Virus record (IMG/VR): IMGVR_UViG_3300032265_001317
Location: 1 to 64,000 of that record
Length of the DNA stretch: 64,000 bases
From: a virus
Reading direction: 5' to 3' (one strand)
Below are positions 1 to 9,306 of the stretch, piece after piece (the stretch's first letter is position 1; every line of letters begins with the position of its first letter). Both the position numbers and the translations under genes were made by a program. Under the pieces are notes generated by a model. The model made no database searches. It was not told the origin of the DNA and saw only the letters and a list, made by a program, of their open reading frames with translations.

Positions 1-3000
1 GAAGTAATACTACCTTGGATGGTAGCATTAATAATACCAGCAACGTTAACGTTACCTCCAATATATACATCTTTAGCAATACCAACTCCGCCTGCTACTT
101 GTAATGCTCCATTGGTAGTAGCTGTAGAGTTTGTTGTAGTAGTAATAACCGTAGTTCCACTTACTGTTAACCCAGATAATGTAGTTTGTCCTGATACACC
201 TAATGTTCCACTAACTGTTAACTGAGTAACAGTTGTAATTGTTGCTGTTAAACCGGATAATGTAGTTTGTCCTGATACCCCTAATGTTCCATTAATTGTT
301 TCATTACCAACAACTGTTAACTGAGTAACAGTTGTAATTGTTGCTGTTAAACCTGATAATGTAGTTTGTCCTGATACACCTAATGTTCCACTACTTGTAA
401 TGTTGTTAATACCAACAAAGTTTGTAGCTGTCACAGTACCATTTATATATGCACCACCCACTATGTTAAAAATTGCACCAGAATATTGTGTAGTAGTATT
501 GATGTATACTGTACCAGTAGTGTCAATACGCATACGTTCGCTGGTATTTTGTGTAGAGAATGTAATTGGACTCGATGCATCGCCCGAAGCAAATCCTAAT
601 TGTCCACTCTGTAAGAATAATGCTCTAGGGCCATCGCCGCCGTTGATACGGAATCCACCCAAATAACTATAACCGCTAACGTATAATGCCCAAGGTTGAG
701 CACCACTCCAAGATGTATTTTGTTGAATACGTACTAGGGATCCAGACCCGTTGTTGGTACCACCATCGCCTGCTGTGGCACCAGTGACATATATATTTCC
801 ACCAATGCCTAGGCCGCCAACTATTTGTAGAGCTCCTGTAGTTGTTGAAGTAGATGCTGATGTATTTGTAATTGATACTGCAATATTGGTAGTGGCACCT
901 CTACCAGTTATAGTTTGTAATGTGCTGGTATTCCAGATAGTAATTGCACCGGTAGCTGTGCTGATTGCGGTATCAGTACCTGCAATAATATTAACTGTGC
1001 CAGTAGTGCCGTTTAAAGAAGTTACACCAAACGAACCAATGTTGGCAGATGTTAGAACCTGACTACCATTGATGTTCATGTTATTGGCACTGACTGTTCC
1101 ACCTACCCATAAGTCTCTACCAATACCAACTCCGCCAACCACAATCAATGCACCGGTTGTTGTTGATGTTGCATTGGTGTTGGTAAACATTGTTGTACCT
1201 GTACTACCAACTGAAATTTGTCTTAGTCCGGTACCGGCATTATAGTCGCCGCCTGCAAAGAAGTTAATGGTTGCAGTATTGAATGTGGCAAAATCTAAAC
1301 CAACAGCATTGTCGCCGCCACGAGCAATCCAGCTAGGATTATATCCAGTCGGTGCTCCTGCAAATCTAGAATAGTTAACATTGGCATTATTACCAGTGAC
1401 ATATAGTCCCGGAGCACCGCCTGGGTTAAATTGTATTTGTTGACTAACAGCGGTACTTGGTTGACCAATATAAATTACACCTTGATTCTTTGTAGTAATG
1501 CTTATACCAATGTTAGGATCGCCGCCGGCTGATGCTATACTAGGCGCAGATCCACTAGGTGTTCCAGTGACCTGAACATAGTTTATAGAACCCGATCCCA
1601 GTGTAGCAGAACCACCTACATATAAATTGCCTTGAATTCCTGCGCCACCGCCAACTACTAGTGAACCGGTAAGTGTTGAAGATGCGGCTACGTTGGCCGC
1701 AATGGTTACAACACCAAGGTTAGTAATTCTGATACCTGTTGCAGTTGATGACCAAGGAGCAATGTTTAAAGCACTGGCACTACCTTGAGATGCGCCACGG
1801 AAGTAAATTAAGCTGTCGCCTACTACTGTACTTGGATTATAAGAACCAGAACCTGCATATGAAATAAAATTCATACTGGTACTGCCGTTGACAACGGTTA
1901 AATCAGAACTAACACTTGGAGTATTTGCAGGGTTAACTGCAACCAGTTGGCTTGCATAAACTGAACCACCTGCAGAAATACCACCAGTTACTTGTAAAGC
2001 ACCGGTACTGGTTGATGTGGCATTAGTGGTAGTGCTGATATGTAGTTGGCCGCCGTTATCAAACCAACTACGATAACTTAATGAACCAGAATAAAAATTA
2101 ATGTTGCCGCTTGGGCCACCATAAACGTTAACATCGTTCCAAAATGACGATCCAGAAACACCTAAAGTAAAGTTATTGCTAGCGTCTTTGGACAACACGT
2201 TTCTTATATAGTTGCCATCTGAAGAAATTACACTCCAGTTGTTCATTGGCATGGCCAATATAATATTACTGATAGTGTTGTTTACAGATGTTGCTGTAAA
2301 TGTCTGTAGAGTAGCATTGAGTGTAATGTTACTGCCGTTACCAGTACTGGTATTATATGCAATAGTTCCTAATACAGTATTGCCGCCAACGTTTAAATTT
2401 TTTCCAATACCAACTCCGCCTGTGACAACCACTGCACCTGTGCTGGATGAAAAGCTATTGGCTGTGCTGGTTACTAGCAACTGAGTCTGAATTGTTGATG
2501 TACCAGAAATAGTTTCTGTTACAGCTGACACAGATGTGGCATTAAATGTAGTAGCAGTTGTTCCTTGCAAGAAACTTCCGCCTGTTACCACTAGGTTGGT
2601 AGCTGTTAATGTTGATACTACCGCGCCGCCATTTAAGAATGTTTGACCGGTGACTGTGAACTGTGCTCCAACTGTGGCACCGTTGACTACCGTCAATTGA
2701 GTAAGTGTTGATAATTGTGCTGTCAGTTGAGACAATACTGTTGGACCAACTACAGTTAATACTGTAGTCGTGAAACTGGTAGCAGTGATACCGCCTGGGA
2801 TACTGGCACTGCCTGTTACGTTTAGGTTGTTTACTGTTAGTAACCCATTAACAACACCGTTGCCAACAATGGTAGAATTGCTAGCTGTAAAATTTGTAGC
2901 AGTTAAATTCTGTAATACTGCACTTCCGCCAACGTATAAGTTTCCACCAATGCCCACGCCACCTGATACTTGTAACGCACCGGTGGCAGTCGAAGTTGCT

Positions 3001-5396
3001 TGTGTTGCATTAGAAACAGTAATAGCATTGGTAGTTGTTGCGCCGCGACCTGTAATGGTCTGTAGTGTTGATGTGTTCCAAACTACTACCACACCAGTGG
3101 TGGTTGATACTGCGGTATCTGTTCCGGCGTTAAGTGTACTAACACCATAATTGCCCAGTGTCGCGGCCGTAATCGCTGCCGATCCATTAACAGTTAAATT
3201 TTGTGCTATAGTTGCACTGCCTGTAACTACTAAATCGCTATTAATTGTGGTCAATGTACCGGCAGGGTCTAGTGTTAAGTTACCTGTCAAACTACCAAAA
3301 GTATTTCCTGACAATACCAGATTACCAACTTCGATGTTACCCGGAGTAATAGAAGTAACATTGGTACCATTGGTTACATAGATACTGCTAATGTTGTTTA
3401 GGTTAAGATTACCTGCACCAAAACTGACATTACCTGTGCGTTGATTGACCAAGAAAGCGTTACCTACACGGAAGTCTCCGTTTTGGTCAACTGTTTGATA
3501 ATGTATCACACCACCGTTGGTCTGTATCACTTCATTGGCCTGTGTGACCAAACTACTATCGTCTGATAGATCTTTACCTGCTCCAATAAAACTTAGATTG
3601 AATGCAATTAATTTTAAATCTGTACCAGTGCCGCTAGCGATAACACCTTGATTTCCAAAGCAAGCGGCAGATCCGATACAGCGTAGCTCAGCACCAAACT
3701 GATGATAGTCTGCCAGGATAATACGTGTGGCTGTGGCCGCACTTGTTCCTGTACTGGAAATATTTTGGGTAGCAACAGGATCATCCACTATGCTGGTACT
3801 GTTATTAACACCATCAAAGTGTAACATAAGCACAGTTGCGGCATCAGATGTTAATGCGGCAGTAGGTGCTGTAAAGTTTCCTGTAGATCTTGCCACATTA
3901 CTTAGACGGAAATCATCTATGTAACCTTTCCACGGACTTGCATTGTCACTGATATTGAAAGGGTCTGTATTGTTTACATTTGCGGTAGCAGTTGTACTAG
4001 CATCAAGTGTGCCGTTGATATAAACATTAAGTGTTGTGCCAACGTGTACTACTCGAGCATGATACCAGGTACCAGTACTTAGTATTGTGGTGCCGGTCGT
4101 GATAGCAGTACCGTGAGTGGCTACCAATCTACCGTTGTTCAAATAACTGGTAAAGTTTGTAGCAGTGGTTTGACCTTTTCGATAAAAATATTGTTGTGTT
4201 GAAGTAGTTGTGGTCCTGATCCAACCTTCCGCAGTATAATTGCCTGTACCAAATTGAAAATCATTGTCACTAATTGTTTCAACATAGTCGCCTACATTGG
4301 TAGTCAATAAACTAGAACCACCAAACTTGCTCTGTGCAGTTGATAAAGCGGCGCCGCCTACTACATATGGTAGTTTTGCAGTACGATCAAATACTGTTTC
4401 AAATCCCCAAGAAGGGCCGTTGATATAAACATAGCCGCCAGTACTGCTAGAAATAACTCCAGTGGCTAAAGTAGTACCTGTGGTACTCTTGTAGGTGATA
4501 GTATCACCTTTGGTAAATGTTCCAGAGATACCTGACAATCTTAATTTGACTGTTCCTGTGCTACCAAGTCCTAGCGTTCCCGCCTGTGCATAAATTGCCT
4601 TGTCTGCAAAATACACAAACCCGTTTAATAATTCTGCTCGTGCGCCGTTGGTCATATAGAAACCAGTAGCATTTGGAACAATAAATGTTGCTTCGTTCCA
4701 TAGCATAGCTGGTTCTAAACTGGTAGGGTCTAGTACGCTGGCGTCAAGATAAGCACCGTTACCAGCGTCGCCGGCATCAAATCCATACGGATCTGCGGTG
4801 CTGGTTATACTTCCGCGGGTGATTACAGAGAATCGTTCAACATACGGACTTTTAGTTGTGATTTTTGCACCTGGTGCAAATTTAAAGGCGCTACCCGGTT
4901 TAAAAAATCCGCCAACTGTAAAATCACTAATGGTTGTTTCGCCATTTAGATAAAACGCATCATTATATTTGGTAGCGGTTGTTGGGTTTACTGATACTTC
5001 TCTTAGCCCTGCGCCACGAATTGACACACCTTGCGGTACAGTCATTGGGAATATTTCTGTGTAAGTGCCTGGCTGTATAAAAACAGTATCGCCACTTTGT
5101 GCAACACTCAAGGCTTTTACAATGGTCTTAAAAGCACTGGCTATTCTACGTCCATCAGATGTGTCGTTACCTGCGGCAACGCTGACATACCATGTTTTGG
5201 TATCATAATTGAGTAAGTTGACTCCGCCTATGACAGCAGTACCACCTGCATATATTGATCCACGTAGACCAATACCGCCGGCAACTACCAGGGCGCCTGT
5301 AGTAGAAGATACAGATGTTACTGTACTTTGTACAGTCGCGGTTGAAACGACCACAAGGCCATTTTTGACTTTAAAATCATTACTGAGTGTTGCCAT
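1..5396 (-). CDS. Large tail fibre/appendage protein, truncated at the left window edge (>1790 aa); N-terminal beta-helix-like region with an inserted LamG/concanavalin-A-like domain
   Basis: Absent from the ORF track, consistent with no stop in the window. ATG at 5396 follows GGAAAGGGAA and an ATAAATA box. Reads MATLSNDFKVKNGLVVSTATVQS...TKTWYVSVAAGNDTSDG...; LamG-like segment (~3830-4340) AQSKFGGSSL...EGWIR...WYHARVV...YINGTLD...GYIDDFRLS; many TGALxVxGGxG repeats; same frame still open at base 3. Confidence 0.85.
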   Translation of the reverse strand, partial: MATLSNDFKVKNGLVVVSTATVQSTVTSVSSTTGALVVAGGIGLRGSIYAGGTAVIGGVNLLNYDTKTWYVSVAAGNDTSDGRRIASAFKTIVKALSVAQSGDTVFIQPGTYTEIFPMTVPQGVSIRGAGLREVSVNPTTATKYNDAFYLNGETTISDFTVGGFFKPGSAFKFAPGAKITTKSPYVERFSVITRGSITSTADPYGFDAGDAGNGAYLDASVLDPTSLEPAMLWNEATFIVPNATGFYMTNGARAELLNGFVYFADKAIYAQAGTLGLGSTGTVKLRLSGISGTFTKGDTITYKSTTGTTLATGVISSSTGGYVYINGPSWGFETVFDRTAKLPYVVGGAALSTAQSKFGGSSLLTTNVGDYVETISDNDFQFGTGNYTAEGWIRTTTTSTQQYFYRKGQTTATNFTSYLNNGRLVATHGTAITTGTTILSTGTWYHARVVHVGTTLNVYINGTLDASTTATANVNNTDPFNISDNASPWKGYIDDFRLSNVARSTGNFTAPTAALTSDAATVLMLHFDGVNNSTSIVDDPVATQNISSTGTSAATATRIILADYHQFGAELRCIGSAACFGNQGVIASGTGTDLKLIAFNLSFIGAGKDLSDDSSLVTQANEVIQTNGGVIHYQTVDQNGDFRVGNAFLVNQRTGNVSFGAGNLNLNNISSIYVTNGTNVTSITPGNIEVGNLVLSGNTFGSLTGNLTLDPAGTLTTINSDLVVTGSATIAQNLTVNGSAAITAATLGNYGVSTLNAGTDTAVSTTTGVVVVWNTSTLQTITGRGATTTNAITVSNATQATSTATGALQVSGGVGIGGNLYVGGSAVLQNLTATNFTASNSTIVGNGVVNGLLTVNNLNVTGSASIPGGITATSFTTTVLTVVGPTVLSQLTAQLSTLTQLTVVNGATVGAQFTVTGQTFLNGGAVVSTLTATNLVVTGGSFLQGTTATTFNATSVSAVTETISGTSTIQTQLLVTSTANSFSSSTGAVVVTGGVGIGKNLNVGGNTVLGTIAYNTSTGNGSNITLNATLQTFTATSVNNTISNIILAMPMNNWSVISSDGNYIRNVLSKDASNNFTLGVSGSSFWNDVNVYGGPSGNINFYSGSLSYRSWFDNGGQLHISTTTNATSTSTGALQVTGGISAGGSVYASQLVAVNPANTPSVSSDLTVVNGSTSMNFISYAGSGSYNPSTVVGDSLIYFRGASQGSASALNIAPWSSTATGIRITNLGVVTIAANVAASSTLTGSLVVGGGAGIQGNLYVGGSATLGSGSINYVQVTGTPSGSAPSIASAGGDPNIGISITTKNQGVIYIGQPSTAVSQQIQFNPGGAPGLYVTGNNANVNYSRFAGAPTGYNPSWIARGGDNAVGLDFATFNTATINFFAGGDYNAGTGLRQISVGSTGTTMFTNTNATSTTTGALIVVGGVGIGRDLWVGGTVSANNMNINGSQVLTSANIGSFGVTSLNGTTGTVNIIAGTDTAISTATGAITIWNTSTLQTITGRGATTNIAVSITNTSASTSTTTGALQIVGGLGIGGNIYVTGATAGDGGTNNGSGSLVRIQQNTSWSGAQPWALYVSGYSYLGGFRINGGDGPRALFLQSGQLGFASGDASSPITFSTQNTSERMRIDTTGTVYINTTTQYSGAIFNIVGGAYINGTVTATNFVGINNITSSGTLGVSGQTTLSGLTATITTVTQLTVVGNETINGTLGVSGQTTLSGLTATITTVTQLTVSGTLGVSGQTTLSGLTVSGTTVITTTTNSTATTNGALQVAGGVGIAKDVYIGGNVNVAGIINATIQGSIT
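175..393 (-). repeat. Near-identical intragenic tandem repeat, 3 copies (81- and 99-nt periods), encoding GTLGVSGQTTLSGLT(ATITTVTQLTV)
   Basis: gataatgtagtttgtcctgatac(a/c)cctaatgttcca begins at 175, 256 and 355. Confidence 0.9.
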
Positions 5397-5432
5397 TAGT
5401 TTCCCTTTCCACGTAACGGCTGTTACATTGGA

Positions 5433-5439
5433 TATTTAT
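5433..5439 (-). promoter_or_regulatory. T4-like late promoter box (ATAAATA)
   Basis: Intergenic, upstream of the RBS/ATG at 5396; same motif recurs before many structural genes. Confidence 0.65.
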
Positions 5440-5472
5440 CAAGTCTAAAGAGAAACGATTTAAGTTATAATT

Positions 5473-8208
5473 TTAGGCAGTTATGCCTAATCTAACCACC
5501 TTAATGGTCATTAAAACGGCATTTGCAGGTGAAAAATTAAGAGTTATTACCCCTACAGATAGAGTAGCATCAAAGCTACCCAGTTCGCCGTTGTTTGTGG
5601 CAATACCATATTCAGTTTTAAACACATTGGTACCATCGTGGAACAGATTGATTTCAGTAATGTGTACACTGGTACCATCAACAATCTGAACAAAGTATTT
5701 GGCAGATCTATAAGTTGTGCTACTGTAGGTATCTAAGTTTACCGGTGCAACGCCAGTGATTGTTGGGCTTGTGTAGCTGGCCAACAACATGTTATTGGTA
5801 TAAACTGCTGGAACAACGGTACCTGTACTGATTGCGCCAATGTTTGCCGCACCACCGATAATAGCATCTTTTGCAACACCAATACCACCAGCAGTTATGA
5901 ATGAAGCAAAGTTAGCCGAAGCCGCATTGGTTGTATCGCTGATAGAAACTTTGCCACCAAATGTGGCAGTTGTGGCAACGGCAATACTGTTAGCAGTTGC
6001 TTGTCCAATAATGGTAGCGGTAGTAGCAGTAAACAAATTGCCAACAGATAGATTATTACCTATTGTGGCATTGGTGTTTACTGTTAAATTATTTAATGTT
6101 AAGTTAGTAGCAGTAACATTTGCTAGTGTAGTTCCGCCAGATACTACAAGATCTTTGGCAATAGATGTGCCACCGGCAATAGTAACTGCCATGGCAGAAC
6201 TAGTCGATAATGTAGAAGTGCTAGTAACTTGTAATGTTACAAAACTAGAAGTAGTACCAGTAACACCTGCTAGGGTTGCTTGTTGTGCTACAGATAGTGT
6301 TCCTGCTACTGATACATTTCCTAAAATGTTTGCGCTGGTTGCAGTGAATACGGTTGCTGTTAATGCGGCAACTATTGATGTTCCGGTAACAGTTAGATTG
6401 GTAAATGTAACGCTGACCGCAGTTAAATTTCCAAGGTTGGTAGTACCGGTAGATGTAATACCGCCGTTGGCATTAAATGTTGATCCACCAATGGTTAATC
6501 CACCAGTTACAGACAAGGTTACAATAGTGGCAGTAGTAATGGTCGCTGTTGATATATTAGCAAGACCGGTTACAATTAAATCTTTTAGTGTAGTAGTGGT
6601 TAGAACATTTAAGTTTCCGTTAACTATTTCATTGCCTAACACAGTTAAGCTAGTTGCTGTTAGTGTTGTAGCAGTTGTAGCACCTAATATAGAATTTCCA
6701 GAAATTGATAAATTGGTTGCAGTTACAGTGCCGCCAAACGTTGCACTACCAACAGCAGTTAGTCCAACACCTGCACTAGATAATGTAATTGCAACAAAAG
6801 AAGCAGTAGTAGAACTTAATACAATCGTTCCAGATGTTCCGCCAAATGATAACTGTCCTACTACATTGATGTTTCCACCAATGTTGACATCTTTCTTAAT
6901 TCCTACGCCGCCACTAACAGTTAATGCACCTGTGTTAGTATCAGTACTGTTAGTTGTTCCAACAACAGAAGCGTTGAGTATAACTAAAGTTTCAGTAAGG
7001 GTTGACCAAGTTAAATTTGGATCAAATGCTGTTTTACCTGCTACACTTTGAAAAGGTATTTGCCCAGCAAGTCCACCTTGAATGTTGGTTGCAGTAGTAG
7101 CAAGTCCGGCACTAATACCGCCTGGAGTTCCCCAGTACGGAGCAGATCCATCAAATAATAAAATTTGACCATTGGTACCATTAGGAATAAATCCTGTTCG
7201 GCCAATGTTAGTTTGATATAGTACGTTGCCCGGCAATCCTGCGGCAATATTACTTGCGGTGTTTGCAGTGGTTATTGTCCCAGATAATAATTGTGTAGCT
7301 GTACTGTAAGTTAGTCCTGCATCGTCAATTAATTTTCCATTAAGAGAAAATACTACTCTGTTTGATGTTAAGTTATTGGCTACAACAGTGGCACCAGTTA
7401 ATGTTGAACCGGCATAGATACTTGATGCGCTGGCAATACCACCAATGGCCTGTATTGCTCCTGTGGTTGTATTAACACTAGACTGTACATCATGTGCTAG
7501 TAGTGTACCAAGATCAATGGTTGAATAGGTTCCGCTGTTGACGTAATCAGCATTAGGTATAGAACCGCTAAAACCAGGATCAATATTTTGTTTGAATACA
7601 AAATTTCCTGTGACGTTGTTACGTCCAAAGAACATGTGATTGTCAGCGGTGTCGTAATAGTGTATTACAATACCTTTGTTGTATCCATCGTTACCTGCTA
7701 GAGGTTGATTATTATATGCAGTACCAAGATCAATTACCGGATCAATGATTGCTGTGCCGGTAGAATTAATAATTGTCTGTGTACCAAGTACTGTAAAGTT
7801 TCCTGATACAACTAAATTTCCACCAAACGTTCCGTCCTTGGCCACGCCAAGTCCGCCCATGGTAAAAATACTATTTGAGTTTGTGTTGTTGGTACTAGAT
7901 GCTGTACCTGCAATATATAAGTTATTGCCAAAGTATGCACCGCCACCAACTACTAAAGAACCTATGCTGTTTGCGGCAGCTGAAGTGTTGTTATTTAAAT
8001 TAGTAATACCGTCAACATTGAGCAATCCGTATAATTTAGAATTACCCCAGACTGTAGCAGTAGACCCTACAATTAAGTTTTGGCCAATAGCGGCACCAGC
8101 ATTAGCCAGTTGCAAACCATTGCTAGCAAGGGTACTAGTCGTAGCAATGCCGCTACCTTCTAATACCAATCCGTTATTAAGTCTAAAGTCTAAAGCAATG
8201 CTTGCCAT
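5473..8208 (-). CDS. Tail fibre-like virion structural protein (911 aa)
   Basis: Thr/Gly-rich with TGALxVxGGxG repeats; C-terminal DTYSSTTYRSAKYFVQI...EYG domain shared with the neighbouring gene. Confidence 0.75.
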   Translation of the reverse strand: MASIALDFRLNNGLVLEGSGIATTSTLASNGLQLANAGAAIGQNLIVGSTATVWGNSKLYGLLNVDGITNLNNNTSAAANSIGSLVVGGGAYFGNNLYIAGTASSTNNTNSNSIFTMGGLGVAKDGTFGGNLVVSGNFTVLGTQTIINSTGTAIIDPVIDLGTAYNNQPLAGNDGYNKGIVIHYYDTADNHMFFGRNNVTGNFVFKQNIDPGFSGSIPNADYVNSGTYSTIDLGTLLAHDVQSSVNTTTGAIQAIGGIASASSIYAGSTLTGATVVANNLTSNRVVFSLNGKLIDDAGLTYSTATQLLSGTITTANTASNIAAGLPGNVLYQTNIGRTGFIPNGTNGQILLFDGSAPYWGTPGGISAGLATTATNIQGGLAGQIPFQSVAGKTAFDPNLTWSTLTETLVILNASVVGTTNSTDTNTGALTVSGGVGIKKDVNIGGNINVVGQLSFGGTSGTIVLSSTTASFVAITLSSAGVGLTAVGSATFGGTVTATNLSISGNSILGATTATTLTATSLTVLGNEIVNGNLNVLTTTTLKDLIVTGLANISTATITTATIVTLSVTGGLTIGGSTFNANGGITSTGTTNLGNLTAVSVTFTNLTVTGTSIVAALTATVFTATSANILGNVSVAGTLSVAQQATLAGVTGTTSSFVTLQVTSTSTLSTSSAMAVTIAGGTSIAKDLVVSGGTTLANVTATNLTLNNLTVNTNATIGNNLSVGNLFTATTATIIGQATANSIAVATTATFGGKVSISDTTNAASANFASFITAGGIGVAKDAIIGGAANIGAISTGTVVPAVYTNNMLLASYTSPTITGVAPVNLDTYSSTTYRSAKYFVQIVDGTSVHITEINLFHDGTNVFKTEYGIATNNGELGSFDATLSVGVITLNFSPANAVLMTIKVVRLGITA

Positions 8209-8220
8209 TTAAGTGTCCTT

Positions 8221-9294
8221 TTATACTACTAGTGCGTTTCTAACCAAATTTACCAACTTAGTTGTAGCCGCATAAGGAGTAAAATAGACTCTTACAATGT
8301 TATCAACTTGAATATCGGCACTAAACGTACCTAGCGCACCACCTGCCGTTGTTAAACGACCATATTCAGTCATGTAAACATTTCCTGCGTTGTCCACTAA
8401 TAACAAGAATTCAGTAACCTCAAAACTTGCTAATGCTCCTACACCACTATCAACTTGAACAACATATTTTGCTGATCTAAAGGTACCTAAAGAATAGCTA
8501 TCAATAACTGTTGTTGCAGTAGTATTTACCGCTATTTGGTTAGAAGCAAACATAGCATCTAGTAAGGTTAAGTTACTAGCATATACATTTCCGCCAACGT
8601 GTACATCGCCGCCAATACCAACACCACCTGTTACAGTAATTGCACCAGTGGTTGTACTGATAGATTTAGCAGTGCTTAAAAATAATACTTGATTTGTTGT
8701 GGTATTTCCACGACCTGTAACTGTTTGCAACGTAGAAGTGTTGCTAATACGTAAAACGTTTCCACCAACTTGTGTGATACTGATATCTGGACCGGCACTT
8801 AATGAATCGTTAAAACTGGCTGTGGTTAAAACTAGGCCACCACCTGCATATAAACTGCCGCCAATCCATAAGTTGCCGCCAATACCCACACCACCCTTAA
8901 CTACCAACGCACCGGTAGTTGGACTTCTACTAGTAGTCGATGAAGTAACTGTCAATATACTAAATGTTCCCGAAGTAGCATTGATTGTACCGGCATTAAT
9001 ACTTCCACCGCCTGCGGCTGTACCTGCTGTAGAAACACTTAAATTACCTGCAACGTTTAAGTTGCCGCCAATACCAACACCACCAGTTACTATAACTGCA
9101 CCGGTTGTTGAACTTGTTGACTGTGTACTTGTTGTTACAACTAAACTATTAGTAACTGTTAAAATTGGAATGGTAGTAACTGGATTGTTATATTTTGTCC
9201 ATGCATTTAATGTTGCATTCCATATCCAAGTATTGGTACCAATAGTATACAGTTGTCCGTCTGTTGGGTTTGATGGGAAATTTAATAGCGCCAT
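8221..9294 (-). CDS. Fibre-like virion structural protein (357 aa)
   Basis: N-terminal NFPSNPTDGQLYT..W.W motif; TGAxxVxGGVGIGG repeats; C-terminal RSAKYVVQV...EYG domain. Confidence 0.75.
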   Translation of the reverse strand: MALLNFPSNPTDGQLYTIGTNTWIWNATLNAWTKYNNPVTTIPILTVTNSLVVTTSTQSTSSTTGAVIVTGGVGIGGNLNVAGNLSVSTAGTAAGGGSINAGTINATSGTFSILTVTSSTTSRSPTTGALVVKGGVGIGGNLWIGGSLYAGGGLVLTTASFNDSLSAGPDISITQVGGNVLRISNTSTLQTVTGRGNTTTNQVLFLSTAKSISTTTGAITVTGGVGIGGDVHVGGNVYASNLTLLDAMFASNQIAVNTTATTVIDSYSLGTFRSAKYVVQVDSGVGALASFEVTEFLLLVDNAGNVYMTEYGRLTTAGGALGTFSADIQVDNIVRVYFTPYAATTKLVNLVRNALVV

Positions 9295-9306
9295 ATTCTT
9301 TACTCT

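Noticed and set aside
175-393. CRISPR-like array
   Set aside because: Sequences between the repeats are themselves repeated, periods are multiples of 3 within a CDS, and no cas genes are present
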